This document shows positions 58,322-64,000 of a DNA stretch of 64,000 nucleotides, in pieces (position 1 is the first letter of the stretch; each line of letters opens with the position of its first letter). The notes below the pieces were generated by a model. It was not told the origin of the DNA, made no database searches, and worked only from the letters and a program-made list of their open reading frames with translations. The DNA is from an uncultured bacterium (lineage in GTDB: Bacteria; Acidobacteriota; HRBIN11; JAKEFK01): the NCBI GenBank assembly GCA_963777505.1, contig CAVZQN010000001.1, positions 480,001 to 544,000 of the forward strand. Reading direction: 5' to 3'. Position numbers and translations under genes: made by a program.

Positions 58322-59100
58322 TGATTCATTTCATATAAAACTTGCAGACCTTTCAGGATTAGATCCGGATCAGTATGTTGAATCTTTGGAGTTCTTTTTG
58401 CAATCAGGGGAGCGAGACCGCCTGTAGCAATTGCCTTTGCATCATTTCCAAGCTCGCGACGCATTTCAGTAATGATTTTTTCTATCAATCCCAGGTATCC
58501 AAGAAAGATTCCAGATTGTATTGCTGAGACTGTATTGCGGCCAATAACTTCTTCTGGTTCTTTTATTTCAACACGTGGAAGTTTTGCTGCTCGCTGAAAT
58601 AGCGCTTCCGCGGAAATCATGATCCCTGGTGCAATCACTCCGCCTAAGTATTCACCTTTTGCAGAGACAGCATCAAAAACTGTTGCAGTTCCGAGATCAA
58701 TGACAATGCAAGGCCCGCCATACAAGTGGAAGCCTGCAACAGAGTGCACGATCCGATCGGCGCCTACTTCCTGAGGATGGTCATATAAAATCGGCATTCC
58801 AGTTTTAATTCCAGGCTGAACCACAAATGGCTCGCCGCCGAAATATTTAATCGACATTTCGCGGATGGAAGGAAGCAATGGAGGAACCACACAGCTAATC
58901 GCAATTGCATCCGTTTTCAAGTTGTCATACCCGGACAAAGTCAGGAGGTTTTTGATCAGAACACCATGTTCATCGGACGTGCGATCCCGAACTGTTGTTA
59001 ACCTCCAGCTATCGACAAGTTTATTTTTCTTAAATAAACCTACTACCGTATTTGAATTCCCTATATCAATCGCTAAGAGGCTTGGTGTTTTTTGCGGCAT
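58318..59100 (-). CDS. coaX: Type III pantothenate kinase
   Basis: IDIGNSN, VGADR, IDLGTAT, GGVIAPG, ATGG. Confidence 0.95.
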   Translation of the reverse strand: MPQKTPSLLAIDIGNSNTVVGLFKKNKLVDSWRLTTVRDRTSDEHGVLIKNLLTLSGYDNLKTDAIAISCVVPPLLPSIREMSIKYFGGEPFVVQPGIKTGMPILYDHPQEVGADRIVHSVAGFHLYGGPCIVIDLGTATVFDAVSAKGEYLGGVIAPGIMISAEALFQRAAKLPRVEIKEPEEVIGRNTVSAIQSGIFLGYLGLIEKIITEMRRELGNDAKAIATGGLAPLIAKRTPKIQHTDPDLILKGLQVLYEMNQ

Positions 59101-59861
59101 GCTTTTACTTCGCCTGAGTAAATAACGATCGGTCCATTTGCGGTCTTCAAAATCAGACCACCAAACGGATCCAATCCTTCCGTTATTCCTTCTGTTATAC
59201 CATTGGACATTCTTATCTCAACGTAACAATTCTTGAAATATGAAGAATGCTTTTCAATTTCTGCAGAAAAATCACTCCAGGAAGTCGAATTCATTTTTTC
59301 ATAGAGTTCTTCGAATTCAAAAAGAAGATTTGCGAGAAGCTGTTCTCTTCTGACGGCGGCTTTTTCAAGTGCGATTGAAGAGGCTGTTGACTTGAGCTGC
59401 TCTGGAAAATCAACCACATTAACGTTGATACCGATTCCAACAATCACATATTGAAGCATTTCGCCTTCCATCGCACTTTGCGTCAGAATCCCCGCAATCT
59501 TTCGGTCTTCGATTAGGACATCGTTAGGCCATTTCATATCAGCCTTCAAATTGTATTCTGATAACGCCCGAGAAACTGCAAGACCTGCAATAAACGGAAT
59601 ACGATGCAGATTCTCTCTCATCGGTTTCAAAAGCAAAGTGGAATACAAATTAACTCCTTTGGGGGAATACCATTGATTCGTGTTCCTGCCACGCCCTGAG
59701 CTTTGCGAATTTGCAAGCACGAGAGTTCCTTCCCGATGATTCTGTTTTGCAAGTGTTTCACCAACTCGGTTCGTACTGTCAATTTCATCGTAATAAAAAA
59801 TCTCGGATCCAAACTCACTTTTTCTGCGATGTTGAAAATCGGCTATATCAAATGCGTTCAT
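59073..59861 (-). CDS. birA: Biotin--protein ligase (no HTH domain)
   Basis: IDSTN, Q..GRGR...WYSP, KWPND, KIAGIL, GIGINV. Confidence 0.94.
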   Translation of the reverse strand: MNAFDIADFQHRRKSEFGSEIFYYDEIDSTNRVGETLAKQNHREGTLVLANSQSSGRGRNTNQWYSPKGVNLYSTLLLKPMRENLHRIPFIAGLAVSRALSEYNLKADMKWPNDVLIEDRKIAGILTQSAMEGEMLQYVIVGIGINVNVVDFPEQLKSTASSIALEKAAVRREQLLANLLFEFEELYEKMNSTSWSDFSAEIEKHSSYFKNCYVEIRMSNGITEGITEGLDPFGGLILKTANGPIVIYSGEVKACRKKHQAS

Positions 59862-60703
59862 CGGGGATCGTTAATCTCCATAGAAATATCGATACTTTTC
59901 ACACTGTGTGTTAATCCACCGATTGAAATCGCGTCCACACCATGAATCAAATACTCTTCGAAGTTGTCAGCGCTGATTCCTCCTGAAATTTCATAACGTG
60001 TGCCTTTCTGTTTGATACTGACGCACTCCCTGATTTGATCAGGGGTCATGTTATCAAGCAAAAACCATCGAGCGCCTGCTTTCAACGCTTCGCGAAGCAT
60101 CGAAATATTTTCTACTTCAATTTCAACTTGCTCTGCGGAATATCCTTTCAGCTGGAAAGCTTCCAACACATCGCGAAAGTTACCTTGAATTTTCAAATGA
60201 TTGTCCTTCACCATCGGTGCATCAAAAAGCCCCATTCGATGGTTCGTACCGCCTCCAGCCTTAACTGCGTACTTTTCGAGAACTCTTAATAATGGCGTGG
60301 TTTTACGTGTATCGAGAATCTGAATTCCAAACGGGCGCGCCTGGCGCACATATTGAGCCGTTGTTGTTGCGATGCCACAAAGGCGTTGAAGAAGATTTAA
60401 CGAGACGCGTTCTCCGGTCAAGATTGCTTTGACGGACCCTGCCACGCGGCATATTTCGGACTTTGTTTGAAATTCGTCCCCGTCTTTTAAAAATTCATCG
60501 ACTTTAACACCAGCGTCCAGCTTTCTAAAGATGCGCGATATAAGCGGAAGACCCGCTAGAATACCTGGCTCCTTCGCAATGAAGACTGCAGAATTATGGA
60601 GGCTGTTTGTAACTAAGGTAGTAGTAGTAACATCACCTTGGCCAACATCTTCTTGTAATGCGCGCTGAAGAAGATCATCGATTTCTTTCGAATCCCAATC
60701 CAT
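59858..60703 (-). CDS. nadC: Quinolinate phosphoribosyltransferase
   Basis: ED..GDVT, GER, DTRKTTP, NHRMGL.D, KDNH, LLDNM. Confidence 0.95.
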   Translation of the reverse strand: MDWDSKEIDDLLQRALQEDVGQGDVTTTTLVTNSLHNSAVFIAKEPGILAGLPLISRIFRKLDAGVKVDEFLKDGDEFQTKSEICRVAGSVKAILTGERVSLNLLQRLCGIATTTAQYVRQARPFGIQILDTRKTTPLLRVLEKYAVKAGGGTNHRMGLFDAPMVKDNHLKIQGNFRDVLEAFQLKGYSAEQVEIEVENISMLREALKAGARWFLLDNMTPDQIRECVSIKQKGTRYEISGGISADNFEEYLIHGVDAISIGGLTHSVKSIDISMEINDPR

Positions 60704-60705
60704 AT

Positions 60706-63339
60706 CTACATTGACGATTCAAGAGATTTCAGTGTGCTCTCAGTTTTTTGCTTCTTTGCTGTAAGATCAGCAAACTTGGTTTTATGCTCTTCAACAATTT
60801 CGGCCGGCGCGTTCTTAATGAAATTTTCGTTGGCCAGCTTCTTTTCAGACTGCTGTAACTCAGTGTCTATTTTCTTTAACTCTCTTTTCAATCTCTCTAC
60901 CTCGGCAGAAGTGTCTAAAACTCCAGTCAAGTCGATTCCAATTTCACAGTTGACTAAAATACCGCGTGCGAGGTGAGATGCTGCAGGAAAATTTTCGACA
61001 ATTTGAATCGACTCGGCGCGTGCGAGCTGCAAAAGTTCGGTAAGATAAAGGTTGATCAGATCCACATTCACTTCGCCTCGAACATAAACTTTCACTTTTT
61101 TTGCAGGCTCGATGTTCATTTCGGATCGTACCTGACGGATCTTGCCGATGAGCTCCATCAGAAACCCAAAATCCTTCTCCGCCGTTTCATCGATATTTTT
61201 CTTACTTGTTTCAGGAAAACGAGCCCGAATGAGAGCTTCATCTTTGCGAATCGACAACGGAATCTGTTGCCATAAATATTCTGTGATGAAAGGAATAAAC
61301 GGATGAAGTAAACGCAAAACATCGGATAGACGGTGTAAAAGTAGAGCTTTTCGTGCGCTGGCATCAGGCTGATCATCTGCAAGGTGAGGCTTAATCCATT
61401 CAATATACCAGTCACAGAATTCATGCCACAGAAATTGATAGGCTGCATTCGCTGCGACATCGAAGCGGAACTCCGCCAGAGCTGTATTCATTTCACCGGC
61501 AACACGATTCAAGCGTGAATAGATCCATCGATCGCCAAGATCCCATCGATCTTCAGGAAGTACAGTAAGCTCATCGCCTTCTGAAACCTTCATCAATGCA
61601 AAGCGTGCTGAATTCCAGAGTTTGTTCAGAAAGGCTCTGTAACCTTGAATCCGTTTTGGAGCAAGTGGAATGTCGGGCGAAGGGACAGCTAAAACCGCAA
61701 GCGTGAAACGTAACGCATCAGCACCATACTCATTGATCAACTCCATCGGATCGAGTGTATTCCCTTTTGCCTTCGACATCTTTTGTCCAAATTCATCTCG
61801 GACAAGCCCATGAATGTAAACGTCAGAAAACGGAACATCATCCATGAATTTAAGTCCGAACATCATCATTCTCGCGACCCAGAAAAAGATAATATCGAAC
61901 CCGGTAACCAGAACATTGGTCGGATAGTAATACTTCAAATCCGGAGTTTTTTCCGGCCATCCAAAAACAGACATTGGCCACAAACCGGAAGAAAACCATG
62001 TATCTAAAACATCAGTCTCCTGACGTAATTTTTCCGAACCGCAAGTGGAACATGTTTTTGGTGTCTCAACTTCAACTGTCATGTGACCGTTGTCGCAGTA
62101 CCATGCCGGAATTTGATGACCCCACCACAGTTGTCTGCTGATACACCAATCACGGATGTTCCGCATCCATTCGAAATATGTTTTTGACCATGTTTCCGGA
62201 TAAAAGCGTGTTCGTCCTTCTTCAACAGCTCGAATGGCAGGTTCAGCCAGCTGAGACATGCGTGCAAACCATTGAAGTGAAAGCAACGGTTCAACGATTG
62301 TGTTGCAACGGTCACAATAGCCTAAAGAATATTGATGCTTTTCCTGCTTGATCAAAAATCCTTGCGTGGTTAAATCCTCGAGCACACGTTTGCGTGCTTC
62401 GAAGCGATCCAGAGATGCATAAGGTCCTGCGGCATCAGTCATTTTGCCTTCCCCATCGATGACCAAAATCGATGGAATGTTGTTGCGCTTTGCTGCCGCA
62501 AAATCGTTTGGATCATGTCCGGGCGTAAGTTTCACGGCTCCGCTTCCGAATTCTCTGTCTACAAAAGAATCTGCAATAATTGGAATTTCGCGATTCAACA
62601 ATGGAAGTACTGCAGTTTTTCCAACAAGATTTTTGTAGCGCTCGTCATCCGGATGCACCGCTACTGCGGTATCTCCAAGCATGGTTTCAGGGCGAGTTGT
62701 GGCGACTTCAATAGACTGCGAAGAAGTTTTTACCGGGTATCGAATGTAATAGAGCTGGCCATCTTTTGTTTCATGCCTGACTTCAAGATCGGAAATTGCA
62801 GTACGGCATCGCGGACACCAGTTAACAATGTAGCTATCCTTGTAAATCAACCCTTCGTTGTACAGTTTTACAAATGCTGTACGGACCGCTTTCGATAATC
62901 CTTCGTCTAAAGTAAATCGTTCGCGCGACCAATCTAGAGAAAGTCCGAGTTTGTGAATTTGGCTGACGATTCTCTGATGACTGTATTCTTTCCATTCCCA
63001 CGCGCGCTTCTGAAAGGCTTCACGTCCAATTTGCTGTCGTGTTTTTCCTTCTTTTGCAAGCTCACGCTCAACTACCATCTGAGTTGCAATTCCGGCATGA
63101 TCAGTCCCGGGAACCCACAAAGCATTTATCCCGAGCATTCTTTGCCAACGGGTTAAGATGTCCTGCAAAGTTAAATCAAAGGCATGGCCTACATGAAGAT
63201 GACCTGTAACATTTGGAGGAGGAATTACAATGACAAATCGTTCGCGATTCGGCTCCACTTCGCTGTGGAAACTTTCATTACTCAGCCAGTATTGATACTG
63301 AGCATCTTCAATTAACTTTGGGTCATACACTTTTTCCAT
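60706..63339 (-). CDS. valS: Valine--tRNA ligase
   Basis: PPPNVTG.LHVGH, DHAGIATQ, TTRPET, WCISRQLWWGH, KMSK, C-terminal coiled coil. Confidence 0.97.
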   Translation of the reverse strand: MEKVYDPKLIEDAQYQYWLSNESFHSEVEPNRERFVIVIPPPNVTGHLHVGHAFDLTLQDILTRWQRMLGINALWVPGTDHAGIATQMVVERELAKEGKTRQQIGREAFQKRAWEWKEYSHQRIVSQIHKLGLSLDWSRERFTLDEGLSKAVRTAFVKLYNEGLIYKDSYIVNWCPRCRTAISDLEVRHETKDGQLYYIRYPVKTSSQSIEVATTRPETMLGDTAVAVHPDDERYKNLVGKTAVLPLLNREIPIIADSFVDREFGSGAVKLTPGHDPNDFAAAKRNNIPSILVIDGEGKMTDAAGPYASLDRFEARKRVLEDLTTQGFLIKQEKHQYSLGYCDRCNTIVEPLLSLQWFARMSQLAEPAIRAVEEGRTRFYPETWSKTYFEWMRNIRDWCISRQLWWGHQIPAWYCDNGHMTVEVETPKTCSTCGSEKLRQETDVLDTWFSSGLWPMSVFGWPEKTPDLKYYYPTNVLVTGFDIIFFWVARMMMFGLKFMDDVPFSDVYIHGLVRDEFGQKMSKAKGNTLDPMELINEYGADALRFTLAVLAVPSPDIPLAPKRIQGYRAFLNKLWNSARFALMKVSEGDELTVLPEDRWDLGDRWIYSRLNRVAGEMNTALAEFRFDVAANAAYQFLWHEFCDWYIEWIKPHLADDQPDASARKALLLHRLSDVLRLLHPFIPFITEYLWQQIPLSIRKDEALIRARFPETSKKNIDETAEKDFGFLMELIGKIRQVRSEMNIEPAKKVKVYVRGEVNVDLINLYLTELLQLARAESIQIVENFPAASHLARGILVNCEIGIDLTGVLDTSAEVERLKRELKKIDTELQQSEKKLANENFIKNAPAEIVEEHKTKFADLTAKKQKTESTLKSLESSM

Positions 63340-63349
63340 GTGTAAATTC

Positions 63350-63386
63350 CTTTGTGTCTCTGCGGTTCAAATATGCAGACACAAAA
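63350..63386. repeat. Family B repeat overlapping the valS RBS
   Basis: CTTTGTGTCTCTGCGGTTC..GCAGACACAAAA; the minus strand reads GACACAAAGGA-N8-ATG. Confidence 0.65.
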
Positions 63387-63438
63387 AGTATATAAGTATA
63401 CTATCGTTGGCAAATGTTGGAGTGTGAAGTAAGTCGGG

Positions 63439-64000
63439 CTATTCTTCGCCGGCGTGCAGTTTTTCCAATTCGCGGCGGATCATCTTTTCCGCTAAATCAG
63501 GGACTACCTGCCATACAATTTCTGAAACAAGCTTCTCCGAAAGTTTCGCCACAACTCGATCTGCAATTTTGTTGATCAGGTCTTCCGTAATTTCTACCGT
63601 AGTCAACGCTGGAACAGGAGAGCTGTCCTGAGCTACTACCGGTACCGGTTCCGTAATCATCTGTTGCGTCGCCGAAACTTCAGATCCATCAGCCTGTAAT
63701 TCTTCCGACTCTTCTACAGAAGGAACGCTATCAGCGACAGGTTCACCATCGAATAATTCCTCAGCAGTTCGTTCTCCCGCAAGTGAGCGCTCGCGTGACC
63801 ATGTATTTTCACCGAAAGTAGCATTCACTTCTAAAGAACTATCAAGTTCTTCAATTTCTTCTTTCGGTTCTTCAACCGGTTCCTGAATTGATTCTTCAAT
63901 CTGCTCTTCTACTTGAGGCGTTTCGTTCTGCCCAACAATCCACAAAGCTTCAGGAGGTATAGTTAAAGGTCCGGTGTTTTCGACATCGGCAACCGGCGCT
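63439..64000 (-). CDS. RomR-like protein, 5'-truncated (acidic linker plus conserved C-terminal helix)
   Basis: Frame open to the window edge; ends EIVWQVVPDLAEKMIRRELEKL. Confidence 0.7.
   Translation of the reverse strand, partial: APVADVENTGPLTIPPEALWIVGQNETPQVEEQIEESIQEPVEEPKEEIEELDSSLEVNATFGENTWSRERSLAGERTAEELFDGEPVADSVPSVEESEELQADGSEVSATQQMITEPVPVVAQDSSPVPALTTVEITEDLINKIADRVVAKLSEKLVSEIVWQVVPDLAEKMIRRELEKLHAGEE

Noticed and set aside
63340-63438. T-box leader for valS
   Set aside because: Region too short and lacks the T-box motif
1-64000. CRISPR array, prophage, IS, defence island, tRNA or rRNA
   Set aside because: No regularly spaced repeat-spacer array, integrase, transposase, phage or structural RNA signature seen

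Overview
Chromosomal window from an Acidobacteriota-like bacterium, inferred from an ADOP permease, an ECF/HEAT/DUF4097 operon, kinase-PEGA-TonB architecture and futalosine genes. Most of it is housekeeping: nrdJ, rmuC, recN-dtd, mtnA, tsaD, fbp, gap-pgk-tpiA, ubiX-mqnP-mqnE, PBP1B, pyk, comEC, coaX-birA-nadC-valS. I see no rRNA, tRNA, CRISPR array, phage or transposase. Several genes, including pgk, are split by single-base frameshifts, most likely assembly indels. The best leads are: (1) three classes of short repeats that repeatedly supply gene C-termini, RBSs or promoter parts, with one GTAG-REP translated inside a MutS-like gene; (2) an apparently dead PilB/GspE pseudo-ATPase with a Cys-rich cap and MshEN-like motifs; (3) a degenerate kinase fused to PEGA-TonB; (4) an LpoP-like TPR lipoprotein after PBP1B; (5) a RomR-like protein and a DnaD-like protein with a clamp-like tail in the valS-comEC cluster; (6) sigma54 promoters in front of orphan genes, one of which is missing from the ORF track. 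No single clear-cut novel multi-gene system could be established from sequence alone.
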